The notes: generated by a model not told the origin, from the sequence alone. A stretch of 64,000 nt of DNA from Candidatus Nomurabacteria bacterium RIFOXYB1_FULL_39_16 (GCA_001787205.1 MFWB01000008.1:101644-165643), one strand, 5' to 3'. Shown: positions 40,465 through 50,396, numbered from the stretch's first letter. Made by a program: numbers and translations.

Positions 40465-41733
40465 ATGACTAACAGTATGAAGCAATCGCAACTTTTCACT
40501 AAAACCAGGAAAGAAGCGCCGGCAGACGAGACATCCAAGAATGCTGAGCTTTTGACTCGGGGCGGTTTTATTCATAAGGAAATGGCAGGAGTGTATTCTT
40601 TTTTACCACTCGGCTTGCGCGTTATAAACAAAGTAGAAAATATAATCAGGGAAGAAATGGATAAAATCGGGGGAACAGAAATGAGGACATCTGTGCTCCA
40701 AAATAAAGAAGTCTGGGAGAAGTCAGGTAGATGGGATGATGAAGTTGTAGACAATTGGTTTAAAACAAAATTAAAAAACGGAGGAGACGTCGGTTTGTCG
40801 TTTACGAATGAAGAAGCTTATTCAAATATTTTAAAACAATATGTGAGCTCGTATAAAGACTTGCCGATTTATCCGTACGATTTCAAAAGTATTTTCAGAA
40901 ACGAGACGAGAAGCAAATCCGGAATTATGAGAGGGAGAGAGTTTTACTGGAAAGCGCTCTATTCATTTTCTAAGAACGAAGAAGAACATAATGCTTTTTA
41001 TGAAAAGGCGAAAGTAGCTTACCAAAATATTTTTAAAAGAGCCGGAATTGGTCATCTGACTTATGTAACTTTCGCCTCGGGAGGAACTTTCTCTAAGTTT
41101 TCACACGAATTTCAAACCATAACTTCTGTCGGGGAGGACACTGTTTATTTGGATGAAGCTTCAAATGTCGCAATAAATGAAGAAGTTTACAATGACGAAG
41201 TTATCGCGGAACTCAAACTCAAAAAAGAAAATTTGATTGAAAAAAAGGCGATTGAGGTGGGAAACATTTTTTCGTTAGGAACGAAGTTTTCGGCTCCTTT
41301 TGACCTTAAATATAAAGACGAAAATGGGGAAGAGAAATTAGTGATAATGGGCAGTTATGGTATTGGTTTGGGGCGGTTGATGGGCACAGTAGTAGAGGTT
41401 CTCTCGGACGACAAGGGGATAGTTTGGCCCGAATCTATTGCTCCGTTTACTATTCATCTACTTGCCTTAGGCGACGATGAAGTGGTTATGAAAGAAGCGA
41501 ACAAAGTTTACGAGAGTCTATCTCAAGCGGGAGTGGAAGTTTTATTTGACGACCGCTCTGGGATGTCTGCCGGAGAAAAGTTTTCCGATGCGGATTTGCT
41601 TGGGATGCCTTACCGGGCCGTAGTTTCTCCAAGGAGCATCAAGGAAGGAGGGATAGAACTAAAAAAGCGCACAGAAGAAAAAGGTAAAATTGTTTCTGTC
41701 GATGAGTTGTTAACTTTATTTAAGCCTATTTAA
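40465..41733 (+). CDS. proS: Proline--tRNA ligase (short, without editing domain)
   Basis: LLTRGGFI...GVYSFLPLGLRV, FRNETR, IEVGNIFSLGTKFS, MGSYGIGLGR, GEKFSDADLLG; alternative start 40477. Confidence 0.93.
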   Translation: MTNSMKQSQLFTKTRKEAPADETSKNAELLTRGGFIHKEMAGVYSFLPLGLRVINKVENIIREEMDKIGGTEMRTSVLQNKEVWEKSGRWDDEVVDNWFKTKLKNGGDVGLSFTNEEAYSNILKQYVSSYKDLPIYPYDFKSIFRNETRSKSGIMRGREFYWKALYSFSKNEEEHNAFYEKAKVAYQNIFKRAGIGHLTYVTFASGGTFSKFSHEFQTITSVGEDTVYLDEASNVAINEEVYNDEVIAELKLKKENLIEKKAIEVGNIFSLGTKFSAPFDLKYKDENGEEKLVIMGSYGIGLGRLMGTVVEVLSDDKGIVWPESIAPFTIHLLALGDDEVVMKEANKVYESLSQAGVEVLFDDRSGMSAGEKFSDADLLGMPYRAVVSPRSIKEGGIELKKRTEEKGKIVSVDELLTLFKPI

Positions 41734-41735
41734 AA

Positions 41736-42782
41736 ATGTTTGAAAAAATTTACAAATTAATTTCTAATGATATTGGCATAGACTTAGGTACTAGTAATAC
41801 CTTGGTATATTTGAAAGGTCACGGCATCGTAATCAACGAGCCTTCGGTCGTCGCGGTAAATATCAAAACCAACCAAATTCTGGCAGTGGGCACACAGGCT
41901 AAAGAAATGCTTGGTCGTACCCCAGGACATATTAAAGCCGTTCGCCCGTTGGTGGAGGGTGTTATCTCTGACTTTGAAGTCACAGAAGAAATGCTTTCTT
42001 ACTTGATAAACAAAGCGGACAAAATTTCTAAAAAGATTGCTCGACCGAGAGTCCTAGTTGGAGTACCTTCTGGCACCACGAACGTTGAGACACGCGCAGT
42101 GTACGATGCGGCTAGGTCAGCCGGTGCCAGAGAAGTTTTCTTAGTAGAGGAACCGATGGCGGCCGCTATTGGTATTCGTCTTCCGATAAATGACCCTGTC
42201 GGTTCTATGATTATAGATGTAGGTGGGGGGACTACTGATATCGCGGTTATTTCTCTGGGAGGAATCGTTAAATCAAAAAATTTGAAAATTGCCGGAGACC
42301 AACTGAATAATGACATCATTGGTTATATGCGTGATGAGTTTAAAATTCTCATCGGAGAGAGAACAGCGGAAATGGTAAAAATAGCCATCGGTTCTGCCAT
42401 TCCAGGTGAGTATATGGAGACAGAAGTGCACGGACGCGATATTTTGACGGGATTGCCCCGAGAAGTGGTGGTTACAGATTCCGATGTCAGAGAAGCGCTT
42501 GCAAGCTCCGTAAGGGGGTTGGTGGAAGGCGTAAAGGATATGTTGGAAACGACACCCCCGGAAATTTTATCCGATATTATGCACAGAGGTATTACTCTAT
42601 CGGGCGGTGGGGCTTTGCTCCCGGGACTTGACCAGCTTTTGCAAAAAGTTCTGAAAATTCCGGTTTATGTGGTAGAAGACCCTCTTTCGGCGGTAGCCCG
42701 CGGGACGGGAGTAATACTAGATGACATTCCGCTTTATAAAGATGTTTTGATTGGTAATCAAGATGAGTTACCTCCTAGATAA
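41736..42782 (+). CDS. mreB: Rod shape-determining protein MreB
   Basis: IGIDLGTSNT, EEPMAAAIG, IDVGGGTTD, IGERTAE, SGGGALL. Confidence 0.97.
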   Translation: MFEKIYKLISNDIGIDLGTSNTLVYLKGHGIVINEPSVVAVNIKTNQILAVGTQAKEMLGRTPGHIKAVRPLVEGVISDFEVTEEMLSYLINKADKISKKIARPRVLVGVPSGTTNVETRAVYDAARSAGAREVFLVEEPMAAAIGIRLPINDPVGSMIIDVGGGTTDIAVISLGGIVKSKNLKIAGDQLNNDIIGYMRDEFKILIGERTAEMVKIAIGSAIPGEYMETEVHGRDILTGLPREVVVTDSDVREALASSVRGLVEGVKDMLETTPPEILSDIMHRGITLSGGGALLPGLDQLLQKVLKIPVYVVEDPLSAVARGTGVILDDIPLYKDVLIGNQDELPPR

Positions 42783-43575
42783 AAAAGAAAAAAGAAAAAG
42801 GTTTTTAAGAATTACGATTGGCGTGATTACTTTTCTCATACTATTTTATTTCCGGTCGGGTATTTTCGGCGGATTTTCTTCTGTTAGCCAGGGATTTTTC
42901 CGTCCTGTCTTGGTTCTGGGGAATGGCGTTGGGGGAAGGTTCAAGAATCTTGGCGCCTATTTTGCATGGAAGAATTCTCTCTCTTTGCAAAATGAAAGTT
43001 TGCAATCCCAATTAAAAGACGAAGAAACCCGAATCTTAAATTACAATGCCGTGTTGGCAGAAAATGAATCCTTAAAAGAAACTTTGGGGAGAATGAATAC
43101 AGAAAAAAGTCTGGTTTTGGCGGCGATTTTATCTAAGCCAAACCAAAGTCCCCACGATACGTTAGTGCTTGATGTGGGCACCGCGAGAGGGATAAAGGCG
43201 CGGGATATGGTTTTCGCTTTTGGCAACATCCCGATGGGACGCATCGCGGAAGTTTACGAGAATTCCTCCAAAGTGATTTTATTTTCAAATGCCGGAGAGA
43301 AAACGCAAGCAATAGTCACCACCGCCACGGCGGGGCAAGCAGACAAAAATATTTTTTTTGAATTAGTAGGACGAGGTGGAGGGAATTTTGAGATGATTTT
43401 ACCTAGAGACATTACTCTGCAAAAAGGAGATTTGGTGACAATTCCCGGGATTAACCCGTATACTTTAGCTGTCGTAGAGACAGTGATTTCTGACCCGCGC
43501 GATCCCTTTACCAAGGCCTTGCTTTCTAGTCCGGTGAATGTGCAAGAGTTGAAATTTGTAGAAGTGGAAATTTAA
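42763..43575 (+). CDS. mreC: Rod shape-determining protein MreC
   Basis: TM plus coiled coil (ENESLKETLG), LDVGTARGIK, GRIAEV; follows mreB. Confidence 0.88.
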   Translation: MSYLLDKKEKRKRFLRITIGVITFLILFYFRSGIFGGFSSVSQGFFRPVLVLGNGVGGRFKNLGAYFAWKNSLSLQNESLQSQLKDEETRILNYNAVLAENESLKETLGRMNTEKSLVLAAILSKPNQSPHDTLVLDVGTARGIKARDMVFAFGNIPMGRIAEVYENSSKVILFSNAGEKTQAIVTTATAGQADKNIFFELVGRGGGNFEMILPRDITLQKGDLVTIPGINPYTLAVVETVISDPRDPFTKALLSSPVNVQELKFVEVEI

Positions 43576-43576
43576 A

Positions 43577-44776
43577 GTGATTTTTAAAATTGAGAAAAAA
43601 TTAAAAGGAAGTTTGGGCAGAGTGGGAGTTTTGAGTACTCCTCATGGAGATATTTTGACTCCGGCTTTTGTGGCGGTGGGGACGAAAGCGACGGTAAAGT
43701 CTCTGAATCCTGAACAAGTAAAAGACGCTGGGACACAAGTAGTTCTTGGTAATACTTATCACTTATATCTACAACCAGGAGATGAGATAGTCCGTGAGGC
43801 GGGTGGTATTGGTAAATTTATGAATTGGTCGGGGCCTACTATGACCGACTCTGGAGGTTTCCAAGTCTTTTCTCTTGGTGCTGCTTATGGGAAAGATATT
43901 TCTAAAGTTACGAAAGTTACCGATCCATCCCTTTTAATACCCGAAAGATTTGACGATAGCGACGCGCCGAGACTGGCGAAAATAGGGCAAGACGGAGTTT
44001 CTTTCAAATCACATCTGGACGGATCCATCCACTATATTACTCCAGAGAAATCAATTCAGATTCAACACAATCTGGGTGCGGATATTATTTTCGCTTTTGA
44101 TGAATGTACCAGTCCCGCAGAGGATTTACGCTATCAAGAAGAAGCGCTGGAGCGGACGCATCGTTGGGCGGAGAGGAGTTTAGTAGAACACAAAAAATTA
44201 AATACAGAAAATAAAATTAGTTTATTTGGAATAGTGCAAGGGGGAAGAGAAGAGAGCTTGAGAAAGAAATCAGCGGAATTTATAAAAAGTTTAGATTTTG
44301 ATGGTTTTGGAATTGGGGGGAGTTTCGCGAAAGAAGATATGTCTTCCGCGGTAAAATGGGTGAATGAAATTTTGCCGGAAGAAAAGCCTCGCCACTTACT
44401 CGGGATAGGGGAGCCGGAAGATTTATTTATGGGGGTAGAAAACGGAGTGGACCTTTTTGACTGTGTGGCGCCGACAAGGCTCGGGAGAAACGGAACTATT
44501 TATACCAAGACGGGTAAAATAATAATTATGAATACGAAATTCCGAAACGATTTCAAGCCGATTGAAGAAGATTGTGAATGTTATACATGTAAAAATTATT
44601 CTCGCGCATATATCGCACATCTTTTTCATGGGAAAGAAATGTTGGCAGGCACACTGGCTTCAATTCATAACTTATATTTTATTGTTAATTTAGTTAAAAA
44701 AATAAGACAGTCAATAATGGATGACACATTCTATGAATATAAAAAAGAATTTTTGCTAAACTATAAATCCCGTTAG
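43577..44776 (+). CDS. tgt: Queuine tRNA-ribosyltransferase
   Basis: GNTYHL, TDSGGFQVFSL, GIVQGG, DLFDCVAPTR, CECYTC...IHN zinc site. Confidence 0.97.
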   Translation: MIFKIEKKLKGSLGRVGVLSTPHGDILTPAFVAVGTKATVKSLNPEQVKDAGTQVVLGNTYHLYLQPGDEIVREAGGIGKFMNWSGPTMTDSGGFQVFSLGAAYGKDISKVTKVTDPSLLIPERFDDSDAPRLAKIGQDGVSFKSHLDGSIHYITPEKSIQIQHNLGADIIFAFDECTSPAEDLRYQEEALERTHRWAERSLVEHKKLNTENKISLFGIVQGGREESLRKKSAEFIKSLDFDGFGIGGSFAKEDMSSAVKWVNEILPEEKPRHLLGIGEPEDLFMGVENGVDLFDCVAPTRLGRNGTIYTKTGKIIIMNTKFRNDFKPIEEDCECYTCKNYSRAYIAHLFHGKEMLAGTLASIHNLYFIVNLVKKIRQSIMDDTFYEYKKEFLLNYKSR

Positions 44777-44797
44777 AAGTACTCTTCTAATCGGGAT
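44767..44797. repeat. ATCCCGTTAGAAG...CTTCTAATCGGGAT palindromic element overlapping the tgt stop
   Basis: 13-bp arms with a single bulge; supplies the TAG of tgt. Confidence 0.75.
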
Positions 44798-44891
44798 GAA
44801 TTTAAAGATGAGTTTCTAAAAGGGTATGATAAATAATCATTGACTTTATTTTAAATATTGGTATAGTTTTGAACGGAAAGAGGAGGTTCTC

Positions 44892-45089
44892 ATGCCCAAA
44901 AGACTCGATGGTTCGTTGGTGGATGATTCACACATTCACCTTACCCCTGAAGACCTCAGGGTCATCCATCACCGGAGGGCGGTTCCGAAAAGGACCCTTC
45001 CGAAGGTTCCAACGGATGTCCCCGATCTCTCGTCTTTCGGCCCCAAGGTCGAGGACGAGTTCGGTTTCCCTGGTCCCGAGCGGGACTGA
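44892..45089 (+). CDS. Small GC-rich orphan protein (65 aa)
   Basis: TTGACT...TATAGT promoter (44840-44867), SD AGGAGGT, GC-rich codons, hairpin GGGCGCGT...ACGCGCCC at 45099-45126. Confidence 0.6.
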   Translation: MPKRLDGSLVDDSHIHLTPEDLRVIHHRRAVPKRTLPKVPTDVPDLSSFGPKVEDEFGFPGPERD

Positions 45090-45190
45090 TCTGCCACCGG
45101 GCGCGTTCGCCACCAGCGACGCGCCCAAATCCTTTTATACACTAAATTCATTGCATTTTTGAAGACACTTGTTATACTAATTTTACTTAG

Positions 45191-46585
45191 ATGCCACACA
45201 GAAAAATAAAAAAGCAGGGAAAGAATTGGAGAAAATTTTGGAAGCTCGGAGTAGATGGGTGGAATACCCAGTTTTTCGATGTGAACAAAGATGGAGAACT
45301 TGTGGCAAATGAAGGCAACCATGTTTACAACTTAAACGATCTTGCGGAAAAATATGGCACACCTCTACAAATTACTTTTCCTTTTATTATTGAAGATTTG
45401 TTAAAAGATTTGATTGGATATTTCCAAGCGTATATGAAAATATACGGATATAAAGGAAAGTTTTTTTATCATTATCCAATGAAGGTAAATCAGAATAAAG
45501 AGTTTGTTTTGCCTATTATTTCGGAAGGTGGCAATCTAGAAGTTACTTCTGCAAATGAACTTTGGATAGTTAAAAAACTTTGGGAAGATGAAAAGTTTAA
45601 CAGTAAGATTCGTGTGCTTTGTAATGGTCCAAAAACAGATCAATATCTTGATTTAATAGAAGAATTGCGCACTAAGGGTATGAATATTGTACCTATTATT
45701 GAATCCACAATGGAGATGGAAAGAATCTCTAAATATAAAGGAGATATAGGAGTAAGAGTAAATCTAGAAATAAAGACAGACACACACTGGGATAAGAAAT
45801 TTGATCTTTTTGGTCTATCTGAAAAAGATGTTTTAGATCTTTCAAAAATTAAGAATCTAAAAATCATGCATTATCATGCTGGGTCACAGATGAAATCTCA
45901 AAAAAGTATTCTTGATGCTATCAAATACGCTTTTAGTATCTATGTAAAATTACAAAAGATTCATCCTTCTTTGGACACTCTTGATATTGGCGGAGGCTTT
46001 GGTATTCCATACGAAAGAAAGAATTTTTATACAGCTAAATCTGTTTCAAGTAAAATAGTAAAAATGTTAAAAACTTTGTCAGACAAAGCAGGTGTAAAAC
46101 ATCCAAATTTAGCTATTGAATGGGGGAGATACATCGCTGCCCCAGCTCAACTTGTTATTTACAAAGTTATTTCTGAAAAAAGTATACCAAAAGCCAATGC
46201 CAGTTCGTGGTATGTTCTTGACGGTAGTTTTATGAATGATTTGAAAGATACTTGGGCTATTCACCAAAAATGGCATGTGATTCCAGTAAACAATATGCAC
46301 AATTCTTTGAAGGCTGTGTGGCTTGCTGGTAGTACTTGTGATTCTGATGATAAATATACCGATGGTGGTAATTATATTCTTATGCCAAGACTTCATGAGG
46401 ATAAAAATCAGTTTGTAGCAGTTATGGATACAGGCGCCTATCAAGAAGGATTAGCTTCACATCATTGTTTGCTTTCTGCGCCAATGAAAATTATTGTTCA
46501 AGATAGTACAGTAAAAATAATTCGTAAACACGAAACACCTGATACCATAGGCAAGCTCTTTGGTTGGAACGGGGATCATAAATAA
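45191..46585 (+). CDS. PLP-dependent fold-III decarboxylase, arginine decarboxylase (SpeA)-like, short form
   Basis: YPMKVNQ (PLP Lys), CNGPK, HYHAGSQ, LDIGGGFG, EWGR, TCDSD, TGAYQ. Confidence 0.8.
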   Translation: MPHRKIKKQGKNWRKFWKLGVDGWNTQFFDVNKDGELVANEGNHVYNLNDLAEKYGTPLQITFPFIIEDLLKDLIGYFQAYMKIYGYKGKFFYHYPMKVNQNKEFVLPIISEGGNLEVTSANELWIVKKLWEDEKFNSKIRVLCNGPKTDQYLDLIEELRTKGMNIVPIIESTMEMERISKYKGDIGVRVNLEIKTDTHWDKKFDLFGLSEKDVLDLSKIKNLKIMHYHAGSQMKSQKSILDAIKYAFSIYVKLQKIHPSLDTLDIGGGFGIPYERKNFYTAKSVSSKIVKMLKTLSDKAGVKHPNLAIEWGRYIAAPAQLVIYKVISEKSIPKANASSWYVLDGSFMNDLKDTWAIHQKWHVIPVNNMHNSLKAVWLAGSTCDSDDKYTDGGNYILMPRLHEDKNQFVAVMDTGAYQEGLASHHCLLSAPMKIIVQDSTVKIIRKHETPDTIGKLFGWNGDHK

Positions 46586-46588
46586 TCT

Positions 46589-47032
46589 ATGAAAAATTAC
46601 CTTTTGGGTTCTATTGCGCTCCTTATTTTATTTTTCTTGGGTTATCACTTTTGGACGGCCGTCAGTTTTGATAACATCAAAAATATAAAAATCGCGGGGC
46701 AGGAGATTGGAGTAGAGTTGGCCTCAACTACGACAGAGCAAAATAAAGGATTGAGTGGCAGAAGTGAGCTCCTGGAAAACTCGGGGATGCTTTTTGTTTT
46801 TGCGGAACCCGGGGAACACAGTTTCTGGATGAAGGATATGAATTTTCCGATTGACATCATCTGGCTCTCTTCAGATATGAAGGTCGTTTATATAAAAAAG
46901 AATGCGACTCCCGAGACATATCCGGAGGCTTTCACCCCCGACGTTGATGCGAAATATGTTTTAGAAATCTCTGCCGGTTTCTCCGACAAAAATGGTTTAA
47001 AGGCGGGAGATGATGCTCTATTTACTTACTAA
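46589..47032 (+). CDS. DUF192 family protein
   Basis: GLSGR...GMLFVF...FWMKDMNFPIDIIW...YVLEISAG. Confidence 0.92.
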   Translation: MKNYLLGSIALLILFFLGYHFWTAVSFDNIKNIKIAGQEIGVELASTTTEQNKGLSGRSELLENSGMLFVFAEPGEHSFWMKDMNFPIDIIWLSSDMKVVYIKKNATPETYPEAFTPDVDAKYVLEISAGFSDKNGLKAGDDALFTY

Positions 47033-47056
47033 AAATTTATAGTATAATTGTCTTCA

Positions 47057-47403
47057 GTCCTGCGTTGGATAGCTACCCCGTGGTGAAAGCCATAGGGAGG
47101 AAAGTCCGAACACAGCGAGTCCCGTAAGGGATGGGAATGGTAGCGGGTAACCCCCGTGTGCAGCAATGTATAGGTGCGAGCAGAGACGCCGACGCCGAAA
47201 GGCTAGGGCCCCCTTGTTGGGGCAGTCTGATGGAGACATCAGGGTGAAACGGCTAAATCCTTACCTCTGTGCAAGATCGTGTTCCCCGACACCTGGTGTC
47301 GGGGGAAGAATCGCTTGACCCTGAGGGCAACCGAAGGGCTAGACAAATTGCTATCTCTCTTGCTTCGGCAAAAGACACAGAATTCGGCTTATAGGCGCAA
47401 GAC
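47057..47403 (+). ncRNA. rnpB: RNase P RNA
   Basis: GAGGAAAGTCC and ACAGAATTCGGCTTA universal segments, GGGTGAAACGG, P1 GTCCTGCGTT/GGCGCAAGAC; TATAAT at 47043-47048. Confidence 0.93.
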
Positions 47404-47412
47404 AAAAACATG

Positions 47413-47441
47413 AAAAATCCTCTCGCAAGAGAGGATTTTTC
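47413..47441 (+). terminator. Terminator of rnpB
   Basis: AAAAATCCTCTC-GCAA-GAGAGGATTTTT. Confidence 0.85.
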
Positions 47442-47490
47442 TGCTATATAACCCTCCCACTTGCATTATTTTTAGAAGTATGCTATACTT

Positions 47491-47576
47491 GTGTTGTGAG
47501 TGTGAGGTTGTTTCTCACATTTTTATATAGACAACATAAGTGCCGCAAAAACGCCCTTCGGGGCGTTTTTGTTTTG
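47491..47576 (+). ncRNA. Candidate small RNA
   Basis: TTGCAT-17-TATACT promoter (47461-47489), nested hairpin, terminator CAAAAACGCCC-TTCG-GGGCGTTTTTG. Confidence 0.4.
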
Positions 47577-47593
47577 TGCTTTATTCAGTTTGA

Positions 47594-47941
47594 TTAGGCT
47601 GCCTTCTCTTGTTTTTTATCCTCTTTTTGGTAGTTTTTAAAACTATTCCATAAATCGATACTATCCGGAACGCGATTATTTTTTGCAAATAGTTCCATAG
47701 CCAGAATGGTTATATCACTTTTTATGTCTCTTTCCGCATTTTTTTCTTCGTTCTCACGAGCACTTATTTCAGATAATTCTTGGTGAGTCTCTCTGGTAAT
47801 TTCTCCTGTATAGTGATGACTTAATTGTTTTTTCTTTGCCGAATTGGCATGTAAACTAAATACCTCATCCACAACCCTGTTTATAGCTTTTTGTTCTTGC
47901 TCGGTGGGAGTTCTTTTAAATTTATTTTCAAATTTGTTCAT
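47594..47941 (-). CDS. Hypothetical protein
   Basis: 115-aa ORF downstream of tRNA-Ala, ending before the shared terminator. Confidence 0.65.
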   Translation of the reverse strand: MNKFENKFKRTPTEQEQKAINRVVDEVFSLHANSAKKKQLSHHYTGEITRETHQELSEISARENEEKNAERDIKSDITILAMELFAKNNRVPDSIDLWNSFKNYQKEDKKQEKAA

Positions 47942-47983
47942 ACATTTTAATAGCTTTTATAAAATAAACGACCTTTTTAGTTT

Positions 47984-48059
47984 TGGTGGACCCTAGGAGA
48001 CTCGAACTCCTTACCTCCTCTTTGCAAAAGAGGCGCTCTACCAGATGAGCTAAGGGCCC
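47984..48059 (-). tRNA. tRNA-Ala(TGC)
   Basis: GGGCCCT/AGGGTCC acceptor with G3:U70, CCTCT-TTTGCAA-AGAGG anticodon arm, GTTCGAG T-loop, encoded CCA. Confidence 0.97.
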
Positions 48060-48156
48060 AGATATTGATTTTTCGATAATCTCAAACCTTCTATTTACAC
48101 AAGGATATTCTATCTTATTTTACCAATAATGCAAATTTTTAGTGTACAATGGTCTT

Positions 48157-49194
48157 ATGGTTTATAAATTTTTTACTAACTCGGAGAGGGCTTGGCGGGC
48201 TATGTTTGAGGCTATAAAAGATGCCGAAGAATCGGTTTATCTGGAAATGTATATTTTCACCAACGATATGATTCAATATGATTTCCTGCAACTATTGAAA
48301 AGAAAAGCAAAGAAGGGACTCCGGGTTAAAATAATCTTGGATTCTCTGGGTAGTAGGGAACTGAGCGACGACGCTATCGCAGAACTGCGAGAGGCCGGGG
48401 TAGAGCTGATTTTCTTGAGTCATTTCTTTCACCGTGCTCACCGGAAAATTCTAGTTGTGGACGAGAAGAGGGCTTTCGTTGGAGGAGTGAATATGAGCCA
48501 GAAATTCAGATTTTGGAATGACTTGGTGGCGGAAGTGAGGGGCAACAAGGGGCTCGTGCGCCACCTCATCCGGTCCTTCGCGAAAGTATACGAAGAGGGT
48601 GGAGGTAAAGATAAGGTTGTCCTGGCGAAAAATGAGCCGATTGTTCTCGACAAGACACGTACTTGGCTGGTGGAACATTTCCCGATTAAGAAAAAATTTA
48701 TTTTGAAAAAGATTTACAAGAAGCACCTCCGTGACGCGGAGAGGGAGATTATTCTTGTCACGCCATATTTTATACCCAAGCGCTGGTTATCTGGAGCGCT
48801 CCACCAGGCCGTCCTGCGGGGGGTGAGGGTGGATATATTGGTGCCGAGACACACGGACATTTTTTTCACCGAACGGGTGAACTATTTCTATATGTTCAAA
48901 CTCTCCAAGCTTGGTGTCAACTTTTATCTTGAATCGCATATGAATCACGCCAAGACCACCATCATAGATGGGAAAGAGGGAATAGTGGGCTCCAATAATT
49001 TGGATTTTTTGTCCTTTGAATTGAATTCCGAAGTGGGGATTTTCTTCAAAGATGCTAGCGCGGTGCGCAGGCTTTCGGATATTGTGAAAGAGTGGAAAAG
49101 GGGAGCGGTCCTCTTTGATTTTCGCCACCACAAGCCGAAAGTATTGGACTATATTTTGTCTCCCTTCATCAGTATTTTTACCAAAATTTTCTAA
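48157..49194 (+). CDS. Cardiolipin synthase-like phospholipase D
   Basis: Two HKD motifs, HRKILVVD and HAKTTIID, plus TPYFIP. Confidence 0.9.
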   Translation: MVYKFFTNSERAWRAMFEAIKDAEESVYLEMYIFTNDMIQYDFLQLLKRKAKKGLRVKIILDSLGSRELSDDAIAELREAGVELIFLSHFFHRAHRKILVVDEKRAFVGGVNMSQKFRFWNDLVAEVRGNKGLVRHLIRSFAKVYEEGGGKDKVVLAKNEPIVLDKTRTWLVEHFPIKKKFILKKIYKKHLRDAEREIILVTPYFIPKRWLSGALHQAVLRGVRVDILVPRHTDIFFTERVNYFYMFKLSKLGVNFYLESHMNHAKTTIIDGKEGIVGSNNLDFLSFELNSEVGIFFKDASAVRRLSDIVKEWKRGAVLFDFRHHKPKVLDYILSPFISIFTKIF

Positions 49195-49290
49195 AAAACA
49201 TTGCTCCGAACCTGGGATGATGTTCGTAAGGCCATTATAGACGAAAAATGACAACAAAGTCAATAAATTATTGTATTAATTGCTTTTTTA

Positions 49291-49614
49291 TTAAAATACC
49301 AAAATTTTATCTGAACTCTCAATCATCGCAAGTAAATCAGACATAGTGGAAATTGGACATACATTACTTTCTTCTTTTCCTCGCAACTTCATACAAGAAC
49401 CACAGGCATAGATATTGCCTTTTAAATTTTTAAACTCGGCTACTTTTACAGAAATATCAAAATCTTTAGTATCGGAGATGGTGTCTAATTCTGAACCCTC
49501 ACTCATTAAAAAAACTTCAGCTTGATGACCAGCCTTTAATGTTGTAATACCAAGACGAAATGTATTCCATACATGCTCTGGTTTATTTGATTGCAAGATA
49601 ATACCAAGTTTCAT
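49291..49614 (-). CDS. DsrE/DsrF-like protein
   Basis: VFLMSEG, IYACGSCMKLRG, MSDLLAMIESSDKILVF. Confidence 0.85.
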   Translation of the reverse strand: MKLGIILQSNKPEHVWNTFRLGITTLKAGHQAEVFLMSEGSELDTISDTKDFDISVKVAEFKNLKGNIYACGSCMKLRGKEESNVCPISTMSDLLAMIESSDKILVF

Positions 49615-50092
49615 AAATTTATTATATCACAATTCTTTCTCATTATTTATTATTTTAGGCACAAACTCGACTTACCCCTTGATAAAGATTTAGATGTGTT
49701 TTTCTAGCTTCTCGTTATTTGAAACACCGTGATTTAGAATATTTATAATGCGTAGATAATAGGTGTTAAAATAATTTTTGTCCAAAAAAGATTTATATGC
49801 AATTAACAGTTGATTTAAATAGCGAACCCCCTTCATAAAGCATAACCCATGATACACCATTGCCTTACTTGATAATTCCTATATCAATCAGTGAAGCTCC
49901 GATACTGATCACAAGGCTGGGTGCAAGTCGAACAACATTTTCCCAGCGCTCTTTCATCAATACCTGAACCTCTCATTATTAGCCCTTACTCAAGGCCGTT
50001 TGCCTTATACACGGATATCAGTAGCGATATAAGGTTTCGTTGGAGTTTTTGATTTGAGATCCCCAAAAACAAAGATTTGTTAATGTTTTCCG

Positions 50093-50132
50093 TAACTTAA
50101 CCTAACTTAACGCAACATAACTTAACATAACT
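50093..50132. repeat. Eight tandem 5-nt YAACN repeats
   Basis: TAACT TAACC TAACT TAACG CAACA TAACT TAACA TAACT. Confidence 0.85.
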
Positions 50133-50396
50133 TTATTTTGAGAGAGAAGTGAATTGTCTTTCAACAACTAACTTTTCCACCTGTTGAATATATTTTAGCA
50201 TAAAAATAAACAAAAAACAAGCGAAGTTTTTTACATCAGAAATATATTGACGATTTGTATTAAATTTTTCCGCAGCTTTTTCGGATGCTTTACCTTCATT
50301 TTTATCTTTAAGGTAGTCAACTTTTTGACTACCTTTACTACCTTCTGACATACGTTTTTTGGTTTCTTTTTCTAGTTCTACCTCTAGACGAATAGG
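50133..50396 (-). pseudogene. Fragment of a phage-type HTH/ParB-associated protein
   Basis: Frame reads LEVELEKETKKRMSEG...GKASEKAAEKFNTNRQYISDVK, then degenerates; family recognition is tentative. Confidence 0.35.

Noticed and set aside
40375-40575. Long N-terminal extension of the transposase given in the ORF track
   Set aside because: It overlaps proS and the REP; the family motif starts at MSIRE, 7 nt after TATAAT. The same applies to the over-extended starts of tsf, rpsB, dnaG and ORF 18438
49820-50070. Retron msr-msd or DGR template
   Set aside because: No reverse transcriptase in the window and no adenine-variant repeat pair
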